The notes beneath the pieces were generated by a model, which did no database searches, was not told the origin of the DNA, and saw only the letters and a list, made by a program, of their open reading frames with translations. Source: Alphaproteobacteria bacterium (GTDB taxonomy: Bacteria > Pseudomonadota > Alphaproteobacteria > Sphingomonadales > Sphingomonadaceae). From it: a stretch of DNA of 39,602 nt. The first letter of the stretch is position 1, and each line of letters starts with the position of its first letter. The stretch spans positions 1 through 39,602 of the forward strand of contig JAHJWA010000245.1 of assembly GCA_018828205.1 (NCBI GenBank). The letters run 5' to 3'. Shown here in pieces: positions 25,956 through 35,043 of the stretch. The translations under genes and the position numbers were made by a program.

Positions 25956-26876
25956 CTAGAGCGTCTCGCAGCGTAGCGCCTCAAGGCGCTCCGAACATAT
26001 CTCGTGAACGACGCGGCCGAGTTCTTCGACCTGCCTGCCCAGCCATTCGAGTTCTTCCTTCGTGATCCGGTAGTGCTTTGAGTAGCGTGCCTTGACGTAG
26101 GCTTCCTTGAGCTTCTCGAAGCGAGCGCGGTCGCGCTTCGTGTCGCGTGGCCAGATATAGGTCAGGCGCGGATCGATGCGCTCGGCTTGTGTGCGCAGGA
26201 ATCCGAGGTTGTGATTATGCGGTGTGTAGAAGGTACAAACCAGCAAGACGCTGTGATACAGACTCTCGACTGCCTGATGAAACTCGAACGCAGCGTGTTT
26301 ATTCATTCCTTCCTGTATCGCGTATAGAGCAAGCTTCACTCTGCCCTGGGCAGCTGGCATCCACTCGGCGAAATATTCCTGCGCCATCGCCAGCGCTTGT
26401 TCGGGCGTCTTGGGCTTGGGCTGGTGGAGTTCAGTGTCATCGCACTGGTAGAGCGCGATCCCGTCCTTGGCGATATCCATGAAGAAGTAGCGCCCATGCG
26501 CCAGGCCATCGTTCACTTCCTGCAGCGTATGGACGATGAAATTGACAGGCGTCCGCAGCGCACCGGTGATCGCCAGTTCCCGGTCGAGCCGCTCCTCGAG
26601 CTTGAGCCAATAGGCCACGCGATCGGCGATCCGCTTGTCGTTGACAATGATGAGCAGATCGTAGTCCGACTGGTAGCCCTTGGCGGTGTGGGGCTCGTCG
26701 ACCCATCCCCCACGCGCGTAGCTGCCATAGAGGATGATCTTGAGGATCCGGGCCTTCTTCTTCCACTCGTGTTTGGCAAGCGCCAGCGCATCGCCGAATT
26801 CGTCGAACACAATCTCGACGACGCGTTCCAGTTCGCGCTGCTTGGTGGGAGGAAGATGATCGAGATCGGTGCGCAT
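25956..26876 (-). CDS. Nucleotidyltransferase (MNT)-HEPN fusion protein
   Basis: ILYGSYARG...SDYDLLIIV (MNT) and AAFEFHQAVE...HNL...YVKARYSKHY (HEPN); start MRTDLDHLP. Confidence 0.88.
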   Translation of the reverse strand: MRTDLDHLPPTKQRELERVVEIVFDEFGDALALAKHEWKKKARILKIILYGSYARGGWVDEPHTAKGYQSDYDLLIIVNDKRIADRVAYWLKLEERLDRELAITGALRTPVNFIVHTLQEVNDGLAHGRYFFMDIAKDGIALYQCDDTELHQPKPKTPEQALAMAQEYFAEWMPAAQGRVKLALYAIQEGMNKHAAFEFHQAVESLYHSVLLVCTFYTPHNHNLGFLRTQAERIDPRLTYIWPRDTKRDRARFEKLKEAYVKARYSKHYRITKEELEWLGRQVEELGRVVHEICSERLEALRCETL

Positions 26877-27054
26877 TGATTCATCCTTAGCAAGCTGCTG
26901 GAATGGTTGCACCCTTACAATACTGCACGGTGCGATGACCGGCTCCAACAAGCGCCCTCTGCTCTTCGAAACCCGCCGAGCGGGAACTTCAAACGGCGCG
27001 GCCGACGAGAACTTCGCCAAGCCGCTACCGATCTTTCCTGTCCCGAGATCGTCT

Positions 27055-27486
27055 TCAGCCATGGTCCTCACCAAGCTCGCCCACCCGTATCAGATCGTCC
27101 GCCAGATGCGTATCGCGCTCCATGTGCCGGGCAAGCGCCTCGACAAAATTCTCGAACCGCTTCTCGACGCCTGCCCGGACCGCAGCCGAAGGCTGGCTTG
27201 CAGGCGGCGGCGTGGCGGCGAGCCATGTCCGAAGATACAGCGCGAAGGCTTCGTTGCCGACTTCCACATGATAATCGAGCTTCTGCAATTGCCGCGTGAT
27301 CCGGTCGAGGCGCCGGCTGAATGCGGCCTCCATCCGCTCGGATCCGTCAGGCGAAAGAAACGAGGCGATCGCCGCTTCAACCACCGATGCCTGCGATACC
27401 CGCTTGCGACCCGCATAGTCGGCCAGCTGCCGCGACAGGTCGGGCGGGAGCCGGAAGGTGTGCTTGATCCGGTTGCCCTTTCTCAC
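27055..27486 (-). CDS. CopG/ribbon-helix-helix protein of the traG operon
   Basis: HTFRLPPDL...VVEAAIASFLSPDGSERMEAAFSRRLDR; GTGA overlap with the traG stop; usual position in these ICEs. Confidence 0.85.
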   Translation of the reverse strand: MRKGNRIKHTFRLPPDLSRQLADYAGRKRVSQASVVEAAIASFLSPDGSERMEAAFSRRLDRITRQLQKLDYHVEVGNEAFALYLRTWLAATPPPASQPSAAVRAGVEKRFENFVEALARHMERDTHLADDLIRVGELGEDHG

Positions 27487-29480
27487 AGATCGATCCCATC
27501 GCCGGGATCGAGCGCGGCCCGCCGCGCATTGGCGCGCATCCGGTCCGTAATCTGCCTGTTTCTGACGGCATCGTCGTCATCCCGCCGATCGGTGAAATCA
27601 AACTCGTTGGGAGGCGGTGACCGGGGCGGCAACACGTCCTCGTGTTCCGGCAAGTCGGGCTCACGGCGAATGCCGCCCTCGCCCGCGGTGTCTAATGCTT
27701 CCTCCTCTTCCGGGACCACCACCGCCGCAGGATCGGGCCGGACATTCGGCGAGGCGATTACATCGCCCCAGTCGTCGCTCCGGGTGCTGTTGCCCGATTG
27801 CTTCACGACAGGTGGCCGATCGATCCGCGTCTTCAGTCTCGGATCGGCATAATAGCGCGCCTTCTTCGCGCGGATCGGATGAGCACCTGCGAGCATGACG
27901 ATCTCGTCGGTATCGGGCAGCTGCATGATCTCGCCCTGGGTGAGCAGAGCCCGGGCGGTTTCGGTCCGGGATACCATCAGGTGCCCGAGCCAGGGCGACA
28001 GGCGGTGCCCGGCATAATTCTTCATCGCGCGCAGCTCGGTGGCCGTGCCGAGCGACTCCGAGATGCGCTTGGCGGTGCGTTCGTCGTTGGTGGCGAAGCA
28101 GACGCGGACATGACAATTGTCGAGGATGGCATTGTTCTGTCCGTAGGCCTTTTCGATCTGGTTGAGCGATTGCGCGATCAGGAACGCCTTGATGCCGTAG
28201 CCCGCCATGAAGGCGAGCGCGCTTTCAAAGAAGTCGAGGCGGCCCAGCGCCGGAAACTCGTCGAGCATCAGGAGCAGGCGCCGGCGATCCGATCCTTCCT
28301 CGAGGTCTTCCGTGAGGCGGCGCCCCAGCTGGTTGAGGATCAGGCGAACGAGCGGTTTGGTCCGGCTGATGTCCGAGGGCGGAACGACGAGGTAAAGCGT
28401 CGCCGGGCGCTTCGGATCGACGAGGTCGGCAATGCGCCAGTCGCACTGCCGCGTAACACTGGCGATCACGGGGTCGCGGTACAGGCCTAGGAACGACATG
28501 GCGGTCGAGAGCACGCCAGAGCGTTCGTTCTCCGATTTGTTGAGCAGTTCGCGCGCGGCGCTCGCCACGACCGGATGAACGCCGTCCTCGCCCAGATGCG
28601 GCGTCTGCATCATCGCGGCGAGTGTCGCCTCGATCGACCGCTTCGGATCAGAAAGGAAGGACGCGACACCTGCGAGCGTCTTGTCCTCTTCGGCATAGAG
28701 AACGTGGAGGATCGCGCCGACCAGTAGCGCATGGCTGGTCTTTTCCCAGTGGTTGCGCCGCTCGAGCGAGCCTTCGGGATCGACCAGCACGTCGGCGATG
28801 TTCTGCACGTCGCGCACTTCGCCGACGCCGCGCCGCACTTCCATCAACGGGTTAAAGGCGGCCGAGGCCGCGTTGGTCGGATCGAACAGGAGGACGCGGC
28901 TGAACTTGGCGCGAAAACCAGCGGTCAGTTCCCAGTTCTCGCCCTTGATGTCGTGAACGACCGCCGAGTGGGGCCAGGTCAGCAGTGTCGGCACGACGAG
29001 GCCGACGCCCTTGCCGCTGCGCGTCGGCGCGAAGCACAGCACATGTTCGGGCCCGTCGTGACGCAAGTAGAGATTGGCGCACTGGCCGATCACCACGCCC
29101 TTGCCAGCGAGGAGGCCGGCATCGGCGATGTCGGAGCGCGTTGCCCAGCGCGCCGAGCCGTAGGTCGCGCTGTTGCGTTGTTCACGGGCGCGCCACACCG
29201 ACATGGTGATCGCGACCACCACCGAGATCAGCCCGCCCGACGCTGCGATCATGCCGCCGGTCTCGAATATGCGCGGGGCATAGGCCTCGTAGCTGAACCA
29301 CCACCAGAAGATCGCATAGGGCGGGTAGACCGGCATGCCGAAAGCGGTGAACCAGGCCCGGCCAAGCTCGGTCTGATATCCAAGCTCGGCAGCTGTCCAT
29401 TGCGTAGCGGCCCAGATGCCGCCCAGCGTCAGGGTGAACACGGCGAGGATCTGGCCCCACAGGATTCTGGTTGCCGACAT
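27483..29480 (-). CDS. traG: Type IV coupling protein TraG/VirD4
   Basis: MSATRILWGQ, YGSARWA, Walker A APTRSGKG, Walker B LMLDEFPALG, AQSLNQ. Confidence 0.96.
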   Translation of the reverse strand: MSATRILWGQILAVFTLTLGGIWAATQWTAAELGYQTELGRAWFTAFGMPVYPPYAIFWWWFSYEAYAPRIFETGGMIAASGGLISVVVAITMSVWRAREQRNSATYGSARWATRSDIADAGLLAGKGVVIGQCANLYLRHDGPEHVLCFAPTRSGKGVGLVVPTLLTWPHSAVVHDIKGENWELTAGFRAKFSRVLLFDPTNAASAAFNPLMEVRRGVGEVRDVQNIADVLVDPEGSLERRNHWEKTSHALLVGAILHVLYAEEDKTLAGVASFLSDPKRSIEATLAAMMQTPHLGEDGVHPVVASAARELLNKSENERSGVLSTAMSFLGLYRDPVIASVTRQCDWRIADLVDPKRPATLYLVVPPSDISRTKPLVRLILNQLGRRLTEDLEEGSDRRRLLLMLDEFPALGRLDFFESALAFMAGYGIKAFLIAQSLNQIEKAYGQNNAILDNCHVRVCFATNDERTAKRISESLGTATELRAMKNYAGHRLSPWLGHLMVSRTETARALLTQGEIMQLPDTDEIVMLAGAHPIRAKKARYYADPRLKTRIDRPPVVKQSGNSTRSDDWGDVIASPNVRPDPAAVVVPEEEEALDTAGEGGIRREPDLPEHEDVLPPRSPPPNEFDFTDRRDDDDAVRNRQITDRMRANARRAALDPGDGIDL

Positions 29481-29578
29481 GCTGTCTCCTTTGCAGGAGG
29501 CAGCAGGCCGAACGGGAACGTCATTTCAAGCGCGGTGCCGGGCGAATCGCGGTCTGGCGCAGGCAAAGAAGCGGGCGG

Positions 29579-30295
29579 CTAGAGAGCCTCGCAAGCGAAC
29601 GCGGGTTCCCCGGACCATGTCAGACGGTACATGTTTCCTTGGGCGACAGACTGCACGACATTGGGCCACAGGGCGGCGATGCAGGTTCCGTCCGCATGGC
29701 GGACCGAGGGATAGATGATCCCGTTATGCCCTTCGCCGCGCGCCTGGGCCGCAAGAGCATTGCCCGCCGGATAGCCCTTCGCCGTATCGTGCTCAAGGCC
29801 GGGATGATCGGGAAGACCGCGCAGATCGACGAACACGCCCGACATGCTGGCGATCATCTCGCCATATTCGACGACGGCATGTAAATCGCCCGCATCGGCC
29901 AGGGCTCTCGTCAGGTGATGGCCCACTTCGGCAATGCAGGTTTCCACCGCCAGGGCGGCGTACCAGGCACCGCGATTTGCGGGATTGAAACGGCCCGGCT
30001 CGCGCGGTTTGGCATAGGCGAAGCTCGCATTGATGAAACGGGCATGGGGCACGCCGTGAACCAGCTCATCGGCGGTCAACGCCCCAAGCCCGCGTTCCTC
30101 GGCAATCAGCCGCCCGCTGGTCGCGCCCTCGACCTCGGCCAGAAGGACAAGATCGTCATCATCGTCGGCCAAGGGTGCCATGACCGCTGCGCGCAGCCGC
30201 GCGCTCGGCACAAGCCTGATGGTCCGCTCGAAGGCCTCGCGGATCGTCGGAAGGTCGGCGAGAGGCCGGTTTGCCGGCTCCTCAGAGCCCGCCAC
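29579..30295 (-). CDS. RES-domain toxin (NAD+ phosphorylase, MbcT/ParT-like)
   Basis: R (RLVPSAR), GRFN, GAWYAA, E (AEVGHH), S (GIIYPSVRH); lies downstream of the antitoxin. Confidence 0.87.
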   Translation of the reverse strand: MAGSEEPANRPLADLPTIREAFERTIRLVPSARLRAAVMAPLADDDDDLVLLAEVEGATSGRLIAEERGLGALTADELVHGVPHARFINASFAYAKPREPGRFNPANRGAWYAALAVETCIAEVGHHLTRALADAGDLHAVVEYGEMIASMSGVFVDLRGLPDHPGLEHDTAKGYPAGNALAAQARGEGHNGIIYPSVRHADGTCIAALWPNVVQSVAQGNMYRLTWSGEPAFACEAL

Positions 30296-30713
30296 GAAGC
30301 GCGTCGATATACTGCCGGGTTTCCAGCATGCGCGGGATGCCGCCGGCGATCATCGCCTGCACCGGGGAAAGCCGGTCGAACACCGGCGCTGTGTTCGCCA
30401 GCTTCGGCCAGCGATCCGCCATGTCGTCGGCGAACAGGAGATGCAGCCCCTTGAACAGGCCGATCAGCGCCGAGGCGCGGGTCAGCTGGTCTTGGCTGAG
30501 CGTGCCTTCCCATGTTCCCGCTTTCATCCGGTCCCACGTGCTCTCGGAGACACCGAGCAATGCCGCGCCTTCCGCATTGCTGCCGTCCCAGGCATCGACG
30601 AGCCGAAGCACGGCCTTTACCGCGGCGCCGGTCAGGCGGCGACGATCGTCATCGGCGGCAAAGGTCTGCAGTCCGCGCCGGGCTTCGACTTGCTGAAAAG
30701 CTGCACTGGCCAT
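30282..30713 (-). CDS. Xre/MbcA/ParS-type antitoxin
   Basis: HTH (AALLGVSESTWDRMK), LSQDQLTRAS, C-terminal WPKLANTAPVF...SPVQAMIAGG...RQYIDALRGG. Confidence 0.87.
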   Translation of the reverse strand: MASAAFQQVEARRGLQTFAADDDRRRLTGAAVKAVLRLVDAWDGSNAEGAALLGVSESTWDRMKAGTWEGTLSQDQLTRASALIGLFKGLHLLFADDMADRWPKLANTAPVFDRLSPVQAMIAGGIPRMLETRQYIDALRGGL

Positions 30714-30724
30714 ATCGCATCTCC

Positions 30725-30761
30725 TGATGCGTTTATATGCATCACATGGTGTCATTGTCAA
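30725..30761 (-). promoter_or_regulatory. Toxin-antitoxin promoter with autoregulatory palindrome
   Basis: TTGACA (30761-30756)-N18-TATAAA on the minus strand; TGATGC-N8-GCATCA (30725-30744) straddles the -10. Confidence 0.7.
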
Positions 30762-30785
30762 GGTTTGTCTTATTGGGACCTATCC

Positions 30786-32528
30786 TCAAAGGGCTGGACC
30801 TCGCGAGCGGGCAAAGCTCCAGTCGACGCCGCCGCGTTGGTTGATACGGCCGCTCACTTCCTGACCCAGATGGCGTTCGAGGTCCTGCCGCCAGGGAACG
30901 AGCTGGAACCCCATGCCGTTGTCGATCATGGCGAAGCGGCCCGAAGCGAGGGACACGCGCTCGCGGTAGATTCCGGCCACATGATCACCGGCCTCGGTCG
31001 GCTGCGCGACTCCACCATGGCGTGCGGCCAGGGCCTTCCCTGTTTCCGCGAGTTCGCGATCGCGCAGGGTATCAAGGAGACCTCGCGCAAAGACGATGCG
31101 CTGTCCCTGTCGCCTGGCGAGCCCCTCATCGATCAGAACTTCCGCGCGCCGGGCCAGGGCATTGCGAACCTCCGAACCGAACCCGCCTGCCAGCGGATGC
31201 GGCTCAGGCGAGACGAGCTGGCGGTCGAGCCATGTCGCGCCGCGCGCCCTGATCTGGCTGGCAATCGAGAGGTCCGACCGCGTCAGCAGGCTGGCCTGCT
31301 GTCGTCCCTTGCGATCGGTCCATGTGCCGGTCTCGACGATCGCGCCGGGTGTGGCATCGCCGGTCCGCTCGAAGTCGGGAAAGCGCAGATGATGCGCGCG
31401 GCCGTCGATCCCGTCGACGATGGCATAGGCCTCGCCGGTGAGCTCGTCGTGCAGTCCGCGTTCGACCAGCCTTCCGGTCACGCGCTCGCCGCCGGATCGC
31501 GCGTGCACAGAGAAGCGTCCAGCATCGCCGCCATGCTCCTGTGTAGCCATCGCCCGGTGCATGGTTCTGATGATGTCTCCGCGATCGCCGAGCTCGCGAA
31601 GCGTCGGCTCCAGGTCATGCGCCAGCGTCCAGCTGGCGGCTCCGACTTTTTCGGCCAGCCCCATGCGTTCGAGCACCTGCGCACGGCCCAACAGGAATGT
31701 GCGATCCTTGCGCTTGCCCGATTCGCCCTCGGGCCGGAGATCGACGACACCGTGCGCGTCCCACTCTTTCTGAAGACGGCGGTCGAGACCGGTCCAGCGC
31801 TCGGCGTCGACCTCGCGGCGAAGCGCTTGTCTGATATCGCGCTCGCTGCGCGGACCCAGCTCGAGGGTCGCGCGCTCTTCGGCGCGGGCGCGCAGCCCTT
31901 CGCTGATGTAGCCACGATCGATGACGAGGTCCCTCCCATCGTCGGCTATCCCGCGGACCAGGACATGGATGTGAGGGTTGTCGGTGTTCCAGTGATCCAC
32001 CGCCACCCAGTCGAGACGCGTATCGAGGTCGCTGGCCATGTCCTCCATCAGCTCGCGGGCGAAAGTGCGCAGATCGGCCAGATCGTTCGCGTCCTCCGGC
32101 GAGACGATGAAGCGGAAGTGATGCCGGTCGTCCTCGCAGCGCTGCGCGAAGACGTCGCCATCGGCGCGTTCGGACCGCGCATCGAACATCTGTCCTGACG
32201 ATCCATCGCGGGTGACTCCGTCGCGTTCGAGATAGGTGACATGGCGGGCGAGCGGCGCCGAACGAAATCGGGCACCCCGGTGCCGCACGACCCGCGCCTT
32301 GATGACGACGCGCCTGCGAAACGCGTCGCGGCGGGACCGGAGCGCGGCGCGCCCGCCGCGTCCGAGATGCCCGGTGCCCCGGCCGGCTCTGCCGCGTCCA
32401 AGCGGCGTAAAGCCTGCCCTGCGCGAGACCTGGAGCACGCGCCCGACAAGCGAGTTGGCCTTGCGCCAGGACCCCGCTCCGCTGTCGCGCGAACGGCCCG
32501 GCCTGATATCGAAATCATCGCCCGACAC
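30786..32528 (-). CDS. rlxS: Relaxase RlxS/VirD2-like (MOBP, DUF3363 C-terminus)
   Basis: RRVVIKARVV, HVTYLERDGV (catalytic Tyr), HHFRFIVSPED, DHWNTDNPHIH, GATWLDR, LASGRFAM; start is GTG 32528 or ATG 32555. Confidence 0.92.
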   Translation of the reverse strand: MSGDDFDIRPGRSRDSGAGSWRKANSLVGRVLQVSRRAGFTPLGRGRAGRGTGHLGRGGRAALRSRRDAFRRRVVIKARVVRHRGARFRSAPLARHVTYLERDGVTRDGSSGQMFDARSERADGDVFAQRCEDDRHHFRFIVSPEDANDLADLRTFARELMEDMASDLDTRLDWVAVDHWNTDNPHIHVLVRGIADDGRDLVIDRGYISEGLRARAEERATLELGPRSERDIRQALRREVDAERWTGLDRRLQKEWDAHGVVDLRPEGESGKRKDRTFLLGRAQVLERMGLAEKVGAASWTLAHDLEPTLRELGDRGDIIRTMHRAMATQEHGGDAGRFSVHARSGGERVTGRLVERGLHDELTGEAYAIVDGIDGRAHHLRFPDFERTGDATPGAIVETGTWTDRKGRQQASLLTRSDLSIASQIRARGATWLDRQLVSPEPHPLAGGFGSEVRNALARRAEVLIDEGLARRQGQRIVFARGLLDTLRDRELAETGKALAARHGGVAQPTEAGDHVAGIYRERVSLASGRFAMIDNGMGFQLVPWRQDLERHLGQEVSGRINQRGGVDWSFARSRGPAL

Positions 32529-32559
32529 GGATGGCAGATCCGGGCGACGGCGCATTTGC

Positions 32560-32768
32560 CGCTGAATTCAGGAGGGAATTTCGGTGTGGCGACGACAGGG
32601 CCAGAGGCGCGACGGCGCTGAATGTCGAAGAAAACCAACCACCTGCAGCCCGGCCGACGGCGCTGCTTTTATCTCGCCATCCTCTCTTTCCTTTTCTGAT
32701 GGTTCCGCCTGTCCTTCGCCACGCTTCGCCAGTCGACGAAGTCGCGCGCTGCGATGCGCAAACCGGCG
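32560..32768. other. Candidate origin of transfer (oriT) region
   Basis: Intergenic region between SLT gene and relaxase, where oriT lies in related ICEs. It contains TTTTATCTCGCCATCC (32667-32682), loosely like the MOBP nic core YATCCTG/Y. Confidence 0.5.
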
Positions 32769-33449
32769 TCATCGGGCGCTTGCCGTTGAGACAGGCGCGA
32801 AAAGGTCGTGCATCGGCTCGGCCGGGCGGGCAAAGGGGTTTGCGGGCAAGTCGGTTTCGCCCTGCTCGAGCGGCAAGGGCGCCGTGCCCGCAAGGGCTAT
32901 ACGCCCGGGCAACACCGCGTCCACCTGCGGCTCCGCATCTGCCAGGAAAATGCGGTCGGCTTGCAGGAGCGGAGCAATTCTCGCGACATAATCGCGCGTT
33001 TCGCGCGGGAGCGGACGGCCTGCGGAGAGCCACTGCTCGTAACGACCGGGACCTGCATTGTAGGCCGCGAGGAAGCCCTCGCGACCGTAGCGATCGAACA
33101 TCTCGCGCAGATAGGATGTACCAGCCAGAATGTTGTCGCGCGGATCGAACGGGTCGCTGCCGAGCGCGAACCGGGCGCGCTGGCGCGCCCAGGTTCCCGG
33201 CATCAGCTGCATCAGACCCATCGCTCCGGCGGCCGAGACGGCGCGCGTGCGCCCGGCGCTTTCGAACCGAATGACCGCATAGATCCAGTGCTCGGGAAGG
33301 CCGAAGCGCTGCGCGGCCTCACGCACATGCATCGAGATGTCCATGCGTTGCGCGCCCCGGTCGTTGGTATCCGCCTGTGGGGATGCCAGTGTCGGGCAGA
33401 TTAGTGCGAGCGCCGCGAACGCGGCGAGCATGCGCCGTGAACCGCGCAC
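32769..33449 (-). CDS. Lytic transglycosylase (SLT, VirB1/TrbN-like)
   Basis: VIRFESAG (catalytic Glu), GAMGLMQLMP, AAYNAGPG; signal peptide. Confidence 0.92.
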   Translation of the reverse strand: MRGSRRMLAAFAALALICPTLASPQADTNDRGAQRMDISMHVREAAQRFGLPEHWIYAVIRFESAGRTRAVSAAGAMGLMQLMPGTWARQRARFALGSDPFDPRDNILAGTSYLREMFDRYGREGFLAAYNAGPGRYEQWLSAGRPLPRETRDYVARIAPLLQADRIFLADAEPQVDAVLPGRIALAGTAPLPLEQGETDLPANPFARPAEPMHDLFAPVSTASAR

Positions 33450-33453
33450 GGGC

Positions 33454-33786
33454 TCAGTCCTTCGCCTTGCGGCGCGCGGGCCGCGACCACATCAGGACAT
33501 GCGAACTGGAATCGGACCGGAAGAGATTGGCACGCAGCGGCTGGACCAGGGCCGGATCATCGATCACGACCGCGACAAAGGGTCCGGCCTTGTCGCCCAC
33601 GTGTTTCCAGCCGGCCCCGACCTCGCAGGCGGCATCGCCTTCGCCGGACATGATGCGGTAATCGGGCGCGTTGTCAGTATCGCCGGGCTCGGTCGCCACG
33701 ATGGTCAGCGCGCTGTCGATCGTGAGCGTCCGCAATCGCCCCTCGAAGCCATCCGGGGTCGCGACAAAGGTGCCGATGCAGTTCAT
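33454..33786 (-). CDS. DUF736 family protein
   Basis: IGTF...FEGRLRTLTI...NAPDYRI...EVGAGW...IDDP...ANLF...WSR. Confidence 0.88.
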   Translation of the reverse strand: MNCIGTFVATPDGFEGRLRTLTIDSALTIVATEPGDTDNAPDYRIMSGEGDAACEVGAGWKHVGDKAGPFVAVVIDDPALVQPLRANLFRSDSSSHVLMWSRPARRKAKD

Positions 33787-34364
33787 TGAATATCTCCTCC
33801 AGTTACGGTGGGGTGGGAATTTCGTGGGAGTCTGGCGAACCAGACGTGGTCGCCGTCAGCGGCCTCGTCGGTCCAGACCGGGCGCGCCCCGCCGATGACG
33901 TGATCACGCGGCACCGGACCGAAATAGCGTCCGTCGAAGCTGGCCGGCGCGCGCAGGTTCATCACGAATATTTCGTGCGCGGCGATGGTCCGGCATCCGT
34001 TCCAGACAGGCAGGTCTCGCCCCATCCGGTCGCGTGCGTGCGCCGATCCGGCCCGGCTTCCATTGATCGTGATCGCAAGGCCGTCGCGGCATACGGTGTC
34101 GCCGGGCAGCGCCGCGACCTCCTTGATGAGCGGAACGCCCGCAGGAAGATAGCCGCGCTTGGCGAGGTAATCGCGCAGCCCGGGTGGAGGATCGAGTGCG
34201 ACCCGCTCGCCGATCTGCAGGCCGGCTGCCTCGCCGATGTAATAGAGCCCGGTCGGGATGCTCGCCGTCACATTCCACACCAGCACGCGCGAGAGCGGCA
34301 GGACGGCGCTCAGCAGAGCCGCCGCGGCGGCCGTGCCAGCAAAAAGGATCGTGCCGCGCCTCAC
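33783..34364 (-). CDS. traF: S26-family conjugative peptidase TraF (pilin maturase)
   Basis: VWNVTASIPTGLY, RGYLP, LIKEVAALPGD, SFDGRYFGP; GTGA overlap with the DUF2840 stop. Confidence 0.9.
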   Translation of the reverse strand: MRRGTILFAGTAAAAALLSAVLPLSRVLVWNVTASIPTGLYYIGEAAGLQIGERVALDPPPGLRDYLAKRGYLPAGVPLIKEVAALPGDTVCRDGLAITINGSRAGSAHARDRMGRDLPVWNGCRTIAAHEIFVMNLRAPASFDGRYFGPVPRDHVIGGARPVWTDEAADGDHVWFARLPRNSHPTVTGGDIQ

Positions 34365-34835
34365 GGCCAGAGCTTTCGGCGCCGGAGCCAGGCGCGATGC
34401 CGTCCTGGCGCATGGGCGCGCGGCGGCAGGCCCGCTGCGAGACGATTGTGGACATGGCGCCAGTAATCGGGCGCTGCTTCGCACGGGTCGGTGGCGGCCG
34501 CTTCGACCGCATCGATCAGCGCCAGGACGCGGCGAACGCGTGTCCAGCCCCGAACCGAGAGCAGCAGTTCTCCGCCCGGATCGATCTGCGGCACGGTCGT
34601 ATAGGCCTCGTTTCGACCGACCGCGCGCACGATGTCGAGTGTCGAACGCACGGTTCCGTGATCGTTCGCCGCCCAGCGGACGAGGGCGAAGAGCTGCCCC
34701 GGCGCATAGCTTTCGATGCGGGTTCGGCGATCGACGATGCGCTCGTCGACCGGTTTGCCGAAGCGCAGCCACTCCTCGCGAATGCCCTCTCGCCATACCA
34801 GCGTGACATGGGTCAGCGGCAGGTCGTCAAGGCAT
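34361..34835 (-). CDS. DUF2840 family protein (start uncertain)
   Basis: LTHVTLVWREGIREEWLRFG, VRWAANDHGT, PGGELLL, PDYWRHVHNRL. No in-frame ATG lies near the conserved start; the frame is open upstream to 35044/35053. Confidence 0.8.
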
Positions 34836-34892
34836 GTGCTCGATCCGGTCGCGGGCGGAGCCGAACCGCCGCCCGTGCACAGGCGCAGCGAC

Positions 34893-35041
34893 GTTAGCAG
34901 GAATCCATAGGATTCCTTGTTAGGATAGTTAAGGGGCCCGGAAGCACAGCAATTCCGCCGATTCGCGCACGATTTCGGTTCCCGATAGTCCGAACTTCCG
35001 GTTCCCGATAGTCCGAATGGCGCGGTTCCTGATAGTCCGAA
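34893..35041. repeat. Iterons / putative oriV downstream of repA
   Basis: Three 19-bp direct repeats CGGTTCC(C/T)GATAGTCCGAA at 34976, 34999 and 35023; nearby AT-richer segment with the perfect palindrome AGGAATCC-ATA-GGATTCCT (34899-34917) and GTTA repeats. Confidence 0.8.
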
Positions 35042-35043
35042 CA

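Noticed and set aside
30180-32198. 672-aa plus-strand ORF
   Set aside because: Antisense shadow of the relaxase and antitoxin genes; long shadow ORFs are common in GC-rich DNA and it has no recognisable motifs
34976-35041. Three 19-bp direct repeats as a CRISPR array
   Set aside because: Spacers are only 4-5 bp, no cas genes are present, and the position beside repA fits iterons
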